From assembly GCA_035516795.1 (NCBI GenBank), contig DATIZX010000076.1, positions 1,145 to 65,144 of the forward strand: a stretch of 64,000 nt of DNA, read 5' to 3'. Positions within the stretch are counted from its first letter, which is position 1; every line of letters begins with the position of its first letter. The notes below the pieces were generated by a model. The model saw only the letters and a program-made list of their open reading frames with translations. It searched no databases and had not been told where the DNA came from. This document shows positions 21,063-31,404 of this stretch, piece by piece. This DNA is from Verrucomicrobiia bacterium. Its GTDB lineage: Bacteria > Verrucomicrobiota > Verrucomicrobiia > Palsa-1439. The position numbers and the translations under genes are program-made.

Positions 21063-22015
21063 AGGCTTTTCGAGAGGGAGAGAACCTCGGCCGGCGTTAA
21101 GCCCAGAAGGGAAGCGCCGCTGTTGCGAATTCGACCGCGGACCCCGTACAAGTCGGACACCATCTCGCAGTATTCGGCATTGGGCAAGACCAGGAACGCT
21201 TCGGCTGCACCCGAGCGGCGACTTGACAGCGCCGCGTGATAGGCGCGGACGCGAGCGAGGCCGGAGGCATAGCTCGCATAATCAACCGTGCGCAATTGAC
21301 TTTGATAGTTTTCGATCAGTGCGAGCTTCGCGGACAGGAACTGGGTAATGTCAAAAATCGCATTCGGTTCCAACAGAGACCAGACCTCATATCCAAGCAC
21401 CATCGCATCGAGATCGGCGCAGGCCCAAGCGTAGAGAAGATTGGTCCACCGGTGGTCGGCTTGATCATCCAGAAACCAGGGCAACAGCACCGTATCCGGC
21501 CGAATTTCTGCCACGGCCGATTGCAGGAGTTCCACTGCTGACGGGAAAAAAGGAAGATCGCCGTCCGGGAAGTCAAGATGGCGAACCGACGCGGCCTGCA
21601 ACGCCTCCGCAGTCTTGCGAAACTCGGCTTTGCGAGTTTCGACCAATTTGGCTCGGGCCTCGGCAGCGGCAGTTTCGAAGTGTTCCACCCCACGCTCCCC
21701 ATTGCAGAGACAGACCAAATGGATGCTGGCCAGACCGCGATGCGCCAGTAACAACCCGCCTGCGCCGATGCTCTCGTCGTCCGGATGCGGAGAGAGCACC
21801 AAGATGCGTTGGCCGATTGGAGCCTTGAGTTGACGGGGTTCCCAAGCTCGCGCCAGCAATTTGCGGCGCACCAGATACTCCTCTTTGGAGCCAGTCATTA
21901 GTTGCGGCTTTACGTAACCGAGGAAACGTGAGTAGGAGAAAAATCCACTCAACCAACGGCGCGGATGAACCCCCTTTTGATGCAGCAAGTGCTTGATCGA
22001 CGATGGAAAACTCAT
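21059..22015 (-). CDS. PIG-L/LmbE-family N-deacetylase
   Basis: Reads RILVLSPHPDDESIGAGGLLL...HxxH-type motifs. Confidence 0.75.
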   Translation of the reverse strand: MSFPSSIKHLLHQKGVHPRRWLSGFFSYSRFLGYVKPQLMTGSKEEYLVRRKLLARAWEPRQLKAPIGQRILVLSPHPDDESIGAGGLLLAHRGLASIHLVCLCNGERGVEHFETAAAEARAKLVETRKAEFRKTAEALQAASVRHLDFPDGDLPFFPSAVELLQSAVAEIRPDTVLLPWFLDDQADHRWTNLLYAWACADLDAMVLGYEVWSLLEPNAIFDITQFLSAKLALIENYQSQLRTVDYASYASGLARVRAYHAALSSRRSGAAEAFLVLPNAEYCEMVSDLYGVRGRIRNSGASLLGLTPAEVLSLSKSL

Positions 22016-22017
22016 AA

Positions 22018-23016
22018 TTATGAGTGTTTTCGTGAGCAAGAATGACGCCCGCTGGAGGAAGCTTTCAGGAGTGCCTTGCTCTTGCGGTAGGTGAGCGCCA
22101 ACCCTTCCGCGCGGCGATAGCCGACGATTCTGGCGGCCAGCGCCAGTCGCTTCGGGTGAGATGGAGCATATCCCCCCGGACTGAGCCGGTTCAGCGCCCC
22201 GTAAGCCGCCTCGAACGTATCGGGATTATTCTCGTAGGTGGCGCGAGCCACCTGCTCGAAAACGCGGATGAGCGCGGCCCGGCGTTTCTCCGTCAAACCG
22301 CCGTGACCGTGGAACCATTCCTCAACCTCACAGGCGTTGCGGAAGCAGTCCGCAACAAACGCAGCAGGATCCCTCCGTGAGAGAGACGACTGTGAATGCA
22401 CCCGATAATACGCCACAATACCCCGGCAGTAAGTGAATTCAGCATTGTGTAGGGCGCAGTCGAGCGCAAACCGAGCGTCCTGAATGATCGGCAGATTCTC
22501 ATTCCAGCCTCCCACGCGCTCCACGATGCTCCGGCGAAATAGGTAGGCCGCCGGCGGGCACCAGAAATCGACGAGCAACGCAATTTCCGGCTCTTCTTCC
22601 ATCCGCCGCTGCATGACATCGCCGGGCTTGAACCCGCTGTTCTCGTGGACAATTAACCCCTGCCAATCACCGTAGGCCACATCCGCTCCGGTGTTTTCGA
22701 GCGCCTGCACCTGGCGCATGAGTTTGTCTCGCACCAGCAAGTCGTCAGCATCGAGATACTGGATGAACTCGCCCCGGGCCTCGCGGGTTCCGGCGTTGCG
22801 AGCCTGGCTTGCGCCTTTGCTTTCCGCTCGCAGCAAACGAGCGGTGGGAAATTTCGTGCTGACGATCTCCGCGCTGGCATCCGTCGAATTATCGTCAACG
22901 ACAATGACTTCGATAAGGTGCCGCGGATACGTTTGCCCCTCGACGCTGGCGAGGGTTTCCTCAATCCAGCGCTCGGCATTGAACATCGGAATGATGACAC
23001 TGACGAGATGATTCAT
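22018..23016 (-). CDS. Glycosyltransferase family 2
   Basis: Reads MNHLVSVIIPMFNAERWIEETLASVEGQTY...VVDDNSTD...YLDADD. The start is internal; the ORF track's N-terminal extension is implausible. Confidence 0.8.
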   Translation of the reverse strand: MNHLVSVIIPMFNAERWIEETLASVEGQTYPRHLIEVIVVDDNSTDASAEIVSTKFPTARLLRAESKGASQARNAGTREARGEFIQYLDADDLLVRDKLMRQVQALENTGADVAYGDWQGLIVHENSGFKPGDVMQRRMEEEPEIALLVDFWCPPAAYLFRRSIVERVGGWNENLPIIQDARFALDCALHNAEFTYCRGIVAYYRVHSQSSLSRRDPAAFVADCFRNACEVEEWFHGHGGLTEKRRAALIRVFEQVARATYENNPDTFEAAYGALNRLSPGGYAPSHPKRLALAARIVGYRRAEGLALTYRKSKALLKASSSGRHSCSRKHS

Positions 23017-24038
23017 GCGTTGGCTTCCCGTTGGTGGTGGCGCCGTCCATTCGGGAACAGCAAGCACCTGATTGCACCGAGCGTGAAGCGCGTCATGCGA
23101 ACCTGCGGATCTCGGCAAGCGGCAAGAGCGATTCGCGCGGCACGCGTCAGACGAGGGCGGCGCGTATCCTCCGTGAACTGTGGGAGAAGCTTCCACCAGT
23201 CCAACGTGCGCAGTCGCCAGTCACTGGCGCGGCGTGTGGGAGCTGTCGGCCCGGCGGTGCGCAGCTTGACAATCACCCGGTAGAAATCGTCGATCATATG
23301 CTGGTGGGCACTGACGGTCTTGGACCGCGAATGCAGGCGGAAATGCGCCAAGACGTCGGGAAGATAGTTCAGCCGCGGAAACAGGCTGAGATAGCGTAGC
23401 GTCAGATCCCAGTCGAACGCGTATTGGAAGGATTCGTCGATGCCGCCGCAGGCGATCACTTTGTCACGCCTGAGCCAAAGGCCGGGTTGGTGATAGACAC
23501 TCGACTGATTTCCGCGGATCAATTTTCCTGCTTCGAGTTCTTTCGATACGAGCGGCTCCCAATAGCCATGATCGTCGAAGTTGATCACCGTACCAGCAAC
23601 TCCGTCAGCGTCGCCAAAGCTTCGAGCGATCCTGCCCAGCGCGTCCGGTAGGAGGTAGTCATCAGAATTAATCCAATTGAAGATTGCGCCTGTGCAGCGC
23701 GCCAAGCCTTTGTTAATGGCATGTGCTTGTCCCTCGTCGCGCTCGCTTACCCAATAGGTCAACCAAGGTTCGTATTTCTTGATGATCCCGATGCTGCCAT
23801 CCGTGGAACCGCCGTCGATTATGATGTATTCCAGTTGAGGATAGCCCTGCAGCAAGATCGAACGAATCGTTTCTTCCAGGAAGGCGCCTTGGTTAAACGA
23901 GGGCGTCACAATGGAAATGGTTGGCCACGCGGCCGTCTCTTGCGCAGTAGTCGCCAAGACAGGGCTTTCTTCCGTCCATGGCCAGCCGCTGCATCCTGAC
24001 GGGGGCGGCGGCAATTCAGTTAGACGCGGTGTTACCAT
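23013..24038 (-). CDS. Glycosyltransferase family 2
   Basis: Reads ISIVTPSFNQGAFLEETIRSILLQGYPQLEYIIIDGGSTDGS. Confidence 0.8.
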   Translation of the reverse strand: MVTPRLTELPPPPSGCSGWPWTEESPVLATTAQETAAWPTISIVTPSFNQGAFLEETIRSILLQGYPQLEYIIIDGGSTDGSIGIIKKYEPWLTYWVSERDEGQAHAINKGLARCTGAIFNWINSDDYLLPDALGRIARSFGDADGVAGTVINFDDHGYWEPLVSKELEAGKLIRGNQSSVYHQPGLWLRRDKVIACGGIDESFQYAFDWDLTLRYLSLFPRLNYLPDVLAHFRLHSRSKTVSAHQHMIDDFYRVIVKLRTAGPTAPTRRASDWRLRTLDWWKLLPQFTEDTRRPRLTRAARIALAACRDPQVRMTRFTLGAIRCLLFPNGRRHHQREANA

Positions 24039-24769
24039 TGGGTGAGCGGCGGGTAGTACCAGTCTTGCTTCACGGGCCGCGCACACTGAAACATTTCTGG
24101 AAGGGTCACAAACCGGTAGCCTTTGCCGGCTGATGCGAGAAAGATTTCCAGCGCCGTCAGCATCGAGTCTCGTTCGGGACGCGGCAAGGGATTCTCTTCC
24201 GGACTGGGCGGCTGAAACAGTGAATCATGCAACAGCACTACGCTGCCCGGTCGCACACCTTTCGCCAGGCCATCCGCCATCCGCTCTGGTTCGCTGTCCC
24301 ACCAGTCGCCGACTTCCAAACTCCAGGCGATGACTTCAAAGCCTGCCAGCAGGGAATCCAAGCGCGAAGACCTGTTCTGGCTGCCCCACGGGGGTCGAAA
24401 CAATCGCAGCCCGTAAGGCGCCAACGCACGGTGACAGTCCCGCAGTTGGGCGCGTCGTTCGACGGAGGGAATCTCGATAAACGACGGGTGACTCCAAGAA
24501 TGATTGGCAATCGCGTGGCCGGCTTGTGCAACCTGAGCCACGAGCTGATGATGCTTCTGCGCGGCTTGCCCCACCATGAAGAAAGTCGCGCGTGCTTCGA
24601 ATTTCTCCAAGATCTCGAGCACGCGGGGCGTGTACACGGGATGCGGCCCGTCGTCAAACGTCAAGGCTGCGATCGATTCGTCCGTCTCGAAGTACATGAC
24701 GGTGCCAATCACATGACGGGCAACGCGCCCGACACGATTGCGCACCGCTGCTCTAATTCTGCTGGTCAT
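24032..24769 (-). CDS. Polysaccharide deacetylase (CE4 / NodB homology domain)
   Basis: Reads TFDDGPHPVYTPRVLEILEKFEARATFFMVG...ANHSWSHP. The start is uncertain (several in-frame Met). Confidence 0.78.
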   Translation of the reverse strand: MTSRIRAAVRNRVGRVARHVIGTVMYFETDESIAALTFDDGPHPVYTPRVLEILEKFEARATFFMVGQAAQKHHQLVAQVAQAGHAIANHSWSHPSFIEIPSVERRAQLRDCHRALAPYGLRLFRPPWGSQNRSSRLDSLLAGFEVIAWSLEVGDWWDSEPERMADGLAKGVRPGSVVLLHDSLFQPPSPEENPLPRPERDSMLTALEIFLASAGKGYRFVTLPEMFQCARPVKQDWYYPPLTQW

Positions 24770-25733
24770 AACGTTGCTGGCTGGAATGCGCGACCGGTGA
24801 TCCGAGCAACCGTCCGAGGACGCGATCAAGCTTGTTTCGTCGTTTGGGCGGTGGATTCAAGGACGTCTGCTCGAGGAAAAAACGATCCGCAGCGCCATCC
24901 GGAATCATGTGGGGCGGATGCCGCAGAGGGAACTCCATGGGTGCGGTGGCGACATTGGCCCACTTATCTTTCGCATGTCTTGTGTGCGTGGCATCCTTGC
25001 TGAACCCAATATTCGTCAGCAATTCGACATTGGGTACGGCGGCGAGACCGCTCTGTGTCCAAAAGCTAAACGTCCACTGATAATCCCAATAATCGGCCGA
25101 CTTCCCATCGCGATGAGCTTGATCGAAGATTTTCATCCAGTGATCGACGTGCCGACGCTCCGCTAGAATGTCCAGAAGCCAGGGTGTAGAACGCAGATTC
25201 TCCCACTTGGTGATTTCGGGGTCGAAGTGCCGCCAGGCACGCCGCCATGTGGCCCAACCACCCGCACAGATATTATGGCGCGAGAAATAGTAACTATACG
25301 AGCCGCGTCGCTGACCAAGCTGGAAATTATTCCCTGCGACATGCATCACCCGTTCGTCCTCCGCATATCGTTCCAGCAATTCATCGCAGAACCGGAAGAA
25401 TGTCAGGTGCGGTACGCAGTCGTCTTCGAGAATAATTGCGCGATCGACGTTCTCGAATACCCAGTCGATACCGGTGGCCGGGCGCTGTCCGCAACCGAGA
25501 TTGATGTCCGAGAAATTTCGCCGTACCTCGCATTCCCAATCCACGTCCTCAACAATTTTCCGCGCCGCCGCACACCGTTCGATATCGCCGGGCACGTTCG
25601 CGCGCGGACCGTCGGCGATCAAAAAAAGCTCTCGCGGCTGAGCCGCTCTGATTTCGGCGAACACGCGCCCCGTGGTATCGGGACGGTTGAAAAGCACAAA
25701 CGCGATGGGAGCTTTCATGTCGAGATGGGGCAA
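24753..25733 (-). CDS. Putative GT-A fold glycosyltransferase (HlpA-like / GT2-like family)
   Basis: Reads IAFVLFNRPD...LIADGPRAN...AIILEDDCVPHLTFFRFCDELLERY. It is a paralog of the gene at 29481..30461. Confidence 0.5.
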   Translation of the reverse strand: MPHLDMKAPIAFVLFNRPDTTGRVFAEIRAAQPRELFLIADGPRANVPGDIERCAAARKIVEDVDWECEVRRNFSDINLGCGQRPATGIDWVFENVDRAIILEDDCVPHLTFFRFCDELLERYAEDERVMHVAGNNFQLGQRRGSYSYYFSRHNICAGGWATWRRAWRHFDPEITKWENLRSTPWLLDILAERRHVDHWMKIFDQAHRDGKSADYWDYQWTFSFWTQSGLAAVPNVELLTNIGFSKDATHTRHAKDKWANVATAPMEFPLRHPPHMIPDGAADRFFLEQTSLNPPPKRRNKLDRVLGRLLGSPVAHSSQQRYDQQN

Positions 25734-25740
25734 TGCGTTC

Positions 25741-26997
25741 TTATTGCGAATGACGCCAACTGTGGCGGACCAGCACAGCTTTTCCGCGCCAGCCCGGTGG
25801 ATAATTGCGTCCCGTGCCGTAGAAATCGCCGTCCACCACCGACATCTCTGCTGCTCGTTCCACCCAATCCTGAATGTCGGGGCCCGATTGGATATAGGTC
25901 GTCAAATCGTACGTGCTGGCCGTCAGCGGTAACTTGTCCACGGTGAAATCAATAAAACCTTCGTCGTGAAGATCGAGTTGCGTTTTATCGACGAGGTCGG
26001 TGGACAGAAGGAAATACGGCGTGTCCGCCTTGTGAACGGTGACGCTGACGCGGCAATTCCGAAGCACCTTTCCCGTCTCGCACCGGTAATGCAGGCGAAA
26101 CACGAGATGCTGGCCCGAGATTGGATGGCCAACGGCGTTCCCAGAGGCATCCAACAATTCCAACGAAATCGTCCGGGCGTGACCCTGACCCTGCCGGTCC
26201 TTCCGATCTGCAATCGATATCGCGGAAGACTTTGAAAGGTCCGAAAGATAGGAGGCGATGACCTCGGAAGGTTCGCCATCCTGAGCCATCAGCCCGTTGC
26301 GGAGATAAATCGCCCGCGTGCAGAGGTTATCGATGGCTGCCATGTTGTGGCTGACAAAAAGAACGGTGCGGCCTTCGTGGCTGGCGACATCGCCCATCTG
26401 GCTCAAACATTTCCTTTGAAAGGCCGCATCTCCCACGGCCAGCACCTCATCGACGAGAAGTATCTCCGTCTCAAGATGGGCGGCGACGGCAAAGGCCAAA
26501 CGCACGTACATGCCACTTGAGTACCGCTTGACCGGCGTGTCAATGAACTTCTCGGTTTCTGCAAAATCGACAATCTGGTCGAATTTCCGGTCGATCTCGG
26601 CTTTAGACATACCGAGGATCGCTCCACTGAGATAGATGTTTTCGCGCCCGGTCAGTTCGGAATGAAAACCCGTTCCAACTTCCAGGAGAGAGCCGACGCG
26701 TCCACGAATCGTTGCTGAGCCTTCCGTCGGGTCGGTAATCCGTGACAGCAATTTCAGCAGGGTGCTTTTGCCGGCGCCATTCCGACCAATCAGACCGACT
26801 ACTTCCCCCTGACGCACATCAAAGGTCGCGTCTTTTAATGCCCAGAGAATATCATCTACATTTCCCTGGCCATTTCGACGAAAGAGGGAGGTCAGCCTCT
26901 CCGTCAGTTGGTCGCGCAACGTGTTGTGCCGGCGCTGCGCGTGGCCAATATGATAGAGCTTCGAGAGTTTCTTGGCCTGAATAGCGAGATCGTTCAT
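25741..26997 (-). CDS. wzt: O-polysaccharide ABC exporter ATP-binding protein with C-terminal glycan-binding domain
   Basis: Walker A GRNGAGKST, signature YSSGMYVRL, Walker B LLVDEVLAVGD, plus an extra C-terminal domain of about 170 aa (Wzt_C-like). Confidence 0.85.
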   Translation of the reverse strand: MNDLAIQAKKLSKLYHIGHAQRRHNTLRDQLTERLTSLFRRNGQGNVDDILWALKDATFDVRQGEVVGLIGRNGAGKSTLLKLLSRITDPTEGSATIRGRVGSLLEVGTGFHSELTGRENIYLSGAILGMSKAEIDRKFDQIVDFAETEKFIDTPVKRYSSGMYVRLAFAVAAHLETEILLVDEVLAVGDAAFQRKCLSQMGDVASHEGRTVLFVSHNMAAIDNLCTRAIYLRNGLMAQDGEPSEVIASYLSDLSKSSAISIADRKDRQGQGHARTISLELLDASGNAVGHPISGQHLVFRLHYRCETGKVLRNCRVSVTVHKADTPYFLLSTDLVDKTQLDLHDEGFIDFTVDKLPLTASTYDLTTYIQSGPDIQDWVERAAEMSVVDGDFYGTGRNYPPGWRGKAVLVRHSWRHSQ

Positions 26998-27857
26998 TAA
27001 ATGATGTCCGCGAAGGTCCGCTCTGTCCGGCGGAAGTAAACCAGTCCGCCGAACAAGAGGGCGATGACCATGATAGTACTGACGGCGATGGCGGGAAAGT
27101 CCGGCTGTTCCTTGCCCAGCAAAGCCCAGCGAAATCCCTCGATGACACCTGCCATCGGATTGAGACTATATAGAAGACGCCACTTTTCGGGGATCAGGTG
27201 CAGAGAATAAACAACCGGGGAGGCATACATCCAAAACTGCACAAGGAAAGGGATAGCATGACCGACGTCTCGGTATTTCACGTTCAGAGCCGAGAGATAC
27301 AGGCAGGACGCGAGCGCAGTGAAAAAGGCGAGCAAAAGAAAAAACGGCAAAGCCAATACGCCCCAGGTCGGTGCGATGCCGTACCAGGCCATCATTCCCA
27401 ATAAAATGAGAAACGAGATGGCAAAATCTACGACAGGGCCGAGTGCACCTGAGATTGGAACAATCAGACGTGGGAAATAGACCTTGCTGATCAGGTTGGC
27501 GTTGCTGACCAAACTCGTTCCACTGCGACTGATCGCCTGGGCGAAATAGTTCCACGGTAGCAATGCGACGAAAGTGAAGATGGGGTAGGGGAGACCGTCG
27601 GACGGTATTTTGGCGAACTGTCCAAAGATCACCGTGAAGACGATCATGGTGAGCAAGGGCTGCAGCACCACCCAGGCAATCCCGATCGCAGCCTGTTTGT
27701 AACGCACCTTCACATCTCGCCAGGTCAGAAAGTACAGCAACTCCCGGTACCGATAAAGCGAGGCAAGATCGAAATCGAACCATCGTTTGCGGGGCTGAAT
27801 CAGCACCACGGGGACAGAGGTCTCCTGCGAAAAGGTGGCCAAGGGGATGCCGTTCAT
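26997..27857 (-). CDS. wzm: ABC-2 type polysaccharide exporter permease
   Basis: Reads LYRYRELLYFLTWRDVKVRYKQAAIGIAWVVLQP, with 6 predicted TM helices. Confidence 0.85.
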   Translation of the reverse strand: MNGIPLATFSQETSVPVVLIQPRKRWFDFDLASLYRYRELLYFLTWRDVKVRYKQAAIGIAWVVLQPLLTMIVFTVIFGQFAKIPSDGLPYPIFTFVALLPWNYFAQAISRSGTSLVSNANLISKVYFPRLIVPISGALGPVVDFAISFLILLGMMAWYGIAPTWGVLALPFFLLLAFFTALASCLYLSALNVKYRDVGHAIPFLVQFWMYASPVVYSLHLIPEKWRLLYSLNPMAGVIEGFRWALLGKEQPDFPAIAVSTIMVIALLFGGLVYFRRTERTFADII

Positions 27858-28738
27858 AATTGCTGCTCCGCGGTTTGCCTGTTTACGGCACGGCTATTTT
27901 TCAGCAGGTGTGGCTCCCAAAAGCCTCGGTCATAACGCGCCCAAGCATGGCAACCGAAAGGCAATTGCTGGTGGTTCCGCTGGAAACACACGCGCGGCGA
28001 TACCTCAAAAGCGAATCTTAATCCCGTTTCCACGTCGGCAATCTTGAAGTCGCGGTAATAGTGGATGGCTTCTTCGGACCAGAAGATATCCGCCTCGGTC
28101 CGACCCTGCAACCAACGATACATGTGCCACCGGGAGGAGTTGAATATCGGCAACCGTTTCAGATATTTCTTTGGCAGATTCACGTATTGCACGAGTTTGG
28201 GCTTATGCGCGTAGTATTTGTGCCAATACTGGTCCGGATCCATCATGGGCCGCGTGGAATACAGAACCCGCAGGAAACTGGCCACCTTCATCAGGGCGAA
28301 GCCACTGTTGCCAACCCTTTCATGTTTCACCCAGGGCGAGTCAGGGCAGTGAATCCAGGGAGGCCCGATATAGTCGAGGTCGGTTTGGCACCATTGCTCA
28401 AGCTGATCCGATAACACCAGACTGTCGAGGTGATACATGAAGATGTACCGATAATCGGCAAACGCCTCATAGAACTTCGCCGAGGTCACGAGCCGCGCGT
28501 GCGCGGCTGCGCTGCCGAAGAATCTCTTTGGGAATCGCTTGATTTCAAAATCAGGGAAGTCGATCAACAAATCTCGCGGCGCAACCATGTATTTGTCGTA
28601 CCGCTGCAGGAAGTGCCGGGCTTGTTGCAGCGAGACCTCTTCGTCGGGAGTCAGGTTTCGCCGCGTCGAAAGCGGAATGACCACGGCCACCAACTTGCTG
28701 GGCACCGTGAACTCAGGTTGATTTCCTTCCCGCATCAT
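27854..28738 (-). CDS. Hypothetical protein (possible DUF5672-like GT-A fold)
   Basis: Start set at MMREGNQPEF, giving an ATGATGA overlap with the upstream gene. No confident family assignment. The ORF track's N-terminal extension is Arg-rich. Confidence 0.4.
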   Translation of the reverse strand: MMREGNQPEFTVPSKLVAVVIPLSTRRNLTPDEEVSLQQARHFLQRYDKYMVAPRDLLIDFPDFEIKRFPKRFFGSAAAHARLVTSAKFYEAFADYRYIFMYHLDSLVLSDQLEQWCQTDLDYIGPPWIHCPDSPWVKHERVGNSGFALMKVASFLRVLYSTRPMMDPDQYWHKYYAHKPKLVQYVNLPKKYLKRLPIFNSSRWHMYRWLQGRTEADIFWSEEAIHYYRDFKIADVETGLRFAFEVSPRVCFQRNHQQLPFGCHAWARYDRGFWEPHLLKNSRAVNRQTAEQQL

Positions 28739-29484
28739 CCTGCCGCTCTTTGAAATTGCGTTCGCTCGGTTTTGACCGGGTCGGTGCGCATTTTTACCAC
28801 GCGGGCTGGGGTGCCCACCGCCACCGCATTGTCGGATATATCCTCTGTGACAACCGAGCCGGCACCGATCACTGCCCCTTTGCCGATACGTACGCCCGAG
28901 AGCACGATCACACCGAAACCCAGCCAGGCGTCGTCTTCGATAACGATCGGGCCTTTGGATTGTAGCGGTTGAGCGTAGATCAACTGATCGGCTCGCAGAC
29001 CGTGGTCGTAGGAATAAAACGCGCACCGCGGCGCGATTTGAACGCCTTTGCCAATTACGATAGGCGCGACCGCAGACGTAAAATGGCATCGTGGCTGAAC
29101 GGTCGTGCCAGCGCCAACCCGGAGGGCGCCGCCTTCGAGTATCTCGATGATAGTTTCATCAAAAAGCAACGTTCGATCCCCCAATTCAACCGGACCGCCG
29201 CGTTCGTGCTGATAAATCACCACTCGTTCACCAATGAAGGTATGATTGCCGAGTCGCAAATCGTCATGACGAATCGTTGCATTGGGGGAGACGTAACCTT
29301 TCGGTTGAATGTTGGCCAGTTCGAGGCGGCCTTTGTACGGTGGATAGCCAAGCGCCGCGAGACGGCCGGCCAGGCGGCCGAACCGACTCCAACCGGCTCG
29401 CCGCAGCCAAAAATTCACCCAAATCCAATGCAACCGCTTCCTGACTCGCGCGGCCAAACTGCTGTTTTGTGCGGGTGAGGTCAT
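28735..29484 (-). CDS. Hexapeptide-repeat (LbH) acetyltransferase
   Basis: Repeated [LIV]GxxxxI hexapeptide units (IGKGVQIAPRCAFYSYDH...VIEDDAWLGFGVIVLSGVRIGKGAVIGAGSVV). Confidence 0.75.
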   Translation of the reverse strand: MTSPAQNSSLAARVRKRLHWIWVNFWLRRAGWSRFGRLAGRLAALGYPPYKGRLELANIQPKGYVSPNATIRHDDLRLGNHTFIGERVVIYQHERGGPVELGDRTLLFDETIIEILEGGALRVGAGTTVQPRCHFTSAVAPIVIGKGVQIAPRCAFYSYDHGLRADQLIYAQPLQSKGPIVIEDDAWLGFGVIVLSGVRIGKGAVIGAGSVVTEDISDNAVAVGTPARVVKMRTDPVKTERTQFQRAAG

Positions 29485-30461
29485 GAGGAAGAACGCAAAT
29501 TCCGCACGAGCATTCTTGCGGGCTCGGGAATGGCAGCCGCATAGACATTTCGCAGCTTCTGCGCCATGCGCCGCCACAGGCTTTCCGGTTGCGCCAGATC
29601 TGTCAAAACAACTTCCTTCACAAAGAAATCATCTGCTTCCTTGTCACGGATCACGATCGGCGGATGCTCCAACGGGAACGAGATTTCTTGCAGCGGCAAA
29701 CGCGCCCAACGACTTTCTGTCGAGGTCGTATGGGTCGCCTCCGCATCGAATCCGACGTTGGAAACGAGATTCGCGTTCGGCATGATGCAGAGCCCATTTT
29801 GTGCCCATGTGGAAAAAAGCCATTGGTAATCCCAGTAGTCCACCTTTCCGCCGGCTCGATAGGCGTGATCGAATTTCTCGGTCCAATGTTGTACCGCGCG
29901 AATGTCACCGACCAGATCGCGCAACCACGCGCCCTCGCGAAATTCAGACCACAGTTTCACTCCCATATCCATGTGCCGCCAAGCACGCCGCCACGTGGCC
30001 CAGCCCCAGCAAATTTTGAAGCGCGAGAAAAAATAGCTATACGCACCGCGACGGTGGCCACACTGGAAATTGCTGCCGGCAATCTGCATGATGCGCTCGT
30101 CATCGCAGTACTTCTCCAGCAGTTCATCGCAATATCGGAAGAAACTCGGGTGTGCGAGGCAGTCATCTTCGAGGATGATGGCGCGGTCCGTATGCTCAAA
30201 GACCCAGTCGAGGCCCGTCGCCGGCCCCATTCCGCAACCGAGATTGACATCCGCGTACTTCCTGATCACTTCACACGGCCAATCAATGCGGTCAATAATA
30301 GCTCGGGTTGCGACACATTTCTGGACGTCCTCGGGACGGTTTGAGCGGGGACCATCTGCCACGACGAAAACTTTGGGCGGTCTGGCCTTGGCGATCACGC
30401 CCGCGACCCGCGCAGTGACGTCAGGACGATTGAAAACAATCAGTGCTACGGGAGATTGCAT
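29481..30461 (-). CDS. Putative GT-A fold glycosyltransferase (HlpA-like), paralog of 24753..25733
   Basis: Reads VALIVFNRPD...VVADGPRSN...AIILEDDCLAHPSFFRYCDELLEKY. Confidence 0.5.
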   Translation of the reverse strand: MQSPVALIVFNRPDVTARVAGVIAKARPPKVFVVADGPRSNRPEDVQKCVATRAIIDRIDWPCEVIRKYADVNLGCGMGPATGLDWVFEHTDRAIILEDDCLAHPSFFRYCDELLEKYCDDERIMQIAGSNFQCGHRRGAYSYFFSRFKICWGWATWRRAWRHMDMGVKLWSEFREGAWLRDLVGDIRAVQHWTEKFDHAYRAGGKVDYWDYQWLFSTWAQNGLCIMPNANLVSNVGFDAEATHTTSTESRWARLPLQEISFPLEHPPIVIRDKEADDFFVKEVVLTDLAQPESLWRRMAQKLRNVYAAAIPEPARMLVRNLRSSS

Positions 30462-30480
30462 GAAGGATCCATTCGCTTGG

Positions 30481-31374
30481 TCACGATTGTCTTTGGAGGA
30501 TGCAATGGCGCCAGGAGTGCGCTCGCAGATCGATCAGGTTCATGTCCACGAGCGAGCCACCGCCAAAATGCAGGAAAAAGCTGTTGGCCATGACGGCATT
30601 CAGACACGTGCGCCGGACATCGGAATGTCGCAAACCGCCCAAGTCCGCGGCGAGTTTCCGTCGGATTCGCGTCGTCATGGGAAGCTGAGGTTGCTCGTTG
30701 ATGAGGAATGGGTAGTGCAAACAAATCTGGTCGAAGAGCGTGACATTGAAACGCGGATCGATCCAGTGCACGGCTTTGGCGCGAAGCAATTCGTAGGACA
30801 GGGGACGCATCTCGTAATTCCACTCCGGGCCGCCCTTTTCCTCATGGGTGCAATACGTCATTTGGAATAAATCCCGATGATGTTGAGGAGAGAACACCAG
30901 AACACCGCATTGGACAACCTCATCGAATTCTGCTGGCAAGCCGTAGTTTGCGTAATACTGTTTGGCGGTGTCATTGCGTATGGCCCGTTCACCCCAAAAC
31001 TCCTGCAGCCGCTGCAAAATCTGGGCATACTCCGTCGCCGACGGAGTGGCCCATTGATTTACCGCACCAACTTTGTCCGCCGGCACCGCGGCGAAGATAC
31101 ACGGTGCGGTAGCCGTGTTGATCAATACATCAGAATCGATCCAAACGACTTGTTCGTAGTTCTTTACGGCTTGGTGACTGGGGATCAGGCATTTTTGCCA
31201 TGAAGGAGATCGTTTGCATGCACGCTCGGAGGTGTCCAAAGGTTGATCGATACAGATCAGGTCGTAGTTATGTTCTTCCGCATATTCGCGCCAATTTGCT
31301 TCACACGATTCCTTCCATGCCCCAAGGTAGCGGTCCCCGATGGCCATGGTGACAATTGCCCTGGACGGTTTCAA
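30481..31374 (-). CDS. Putative nucleotide-diphospho-sugar transferase (GT-A, DxD motif)
   Basis: Has a VVWIDSDVLIN DxD block. It is a tandem paralog of 31405..32292. Confidence 0.45.
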   Translation of the reverse strand: MKPSRAIVTMAIGDRYLGAWKESCEANWREYAEEHNYDLICIDQPLDTSERACKRSPSWQKCLIPSHQAVKNYEQVVWIDSDVLINTATAPCIFAAVPADKVGAVNQWATPSATEYAQILQRLQEFWGERAIRNDTAKQYYANYGLPAEFDEVVQCGVLVFSPQHHRDLFQMTYCTHEEKGGPEWNYEMRPLSYELLRAKAVHWIDPRFNVTLFDQICLHYPFLINEQPQLPMTTRIRRKLAADLGGLRHSDVRRTCLNAVMANSFFLHFGGGSLVDMNLIDLRAHSWRHCILQRQS

Positions 31375-31404
31375 TCTTCAGCAATCCCGCGGTTGCTCAA
31401 TTAT

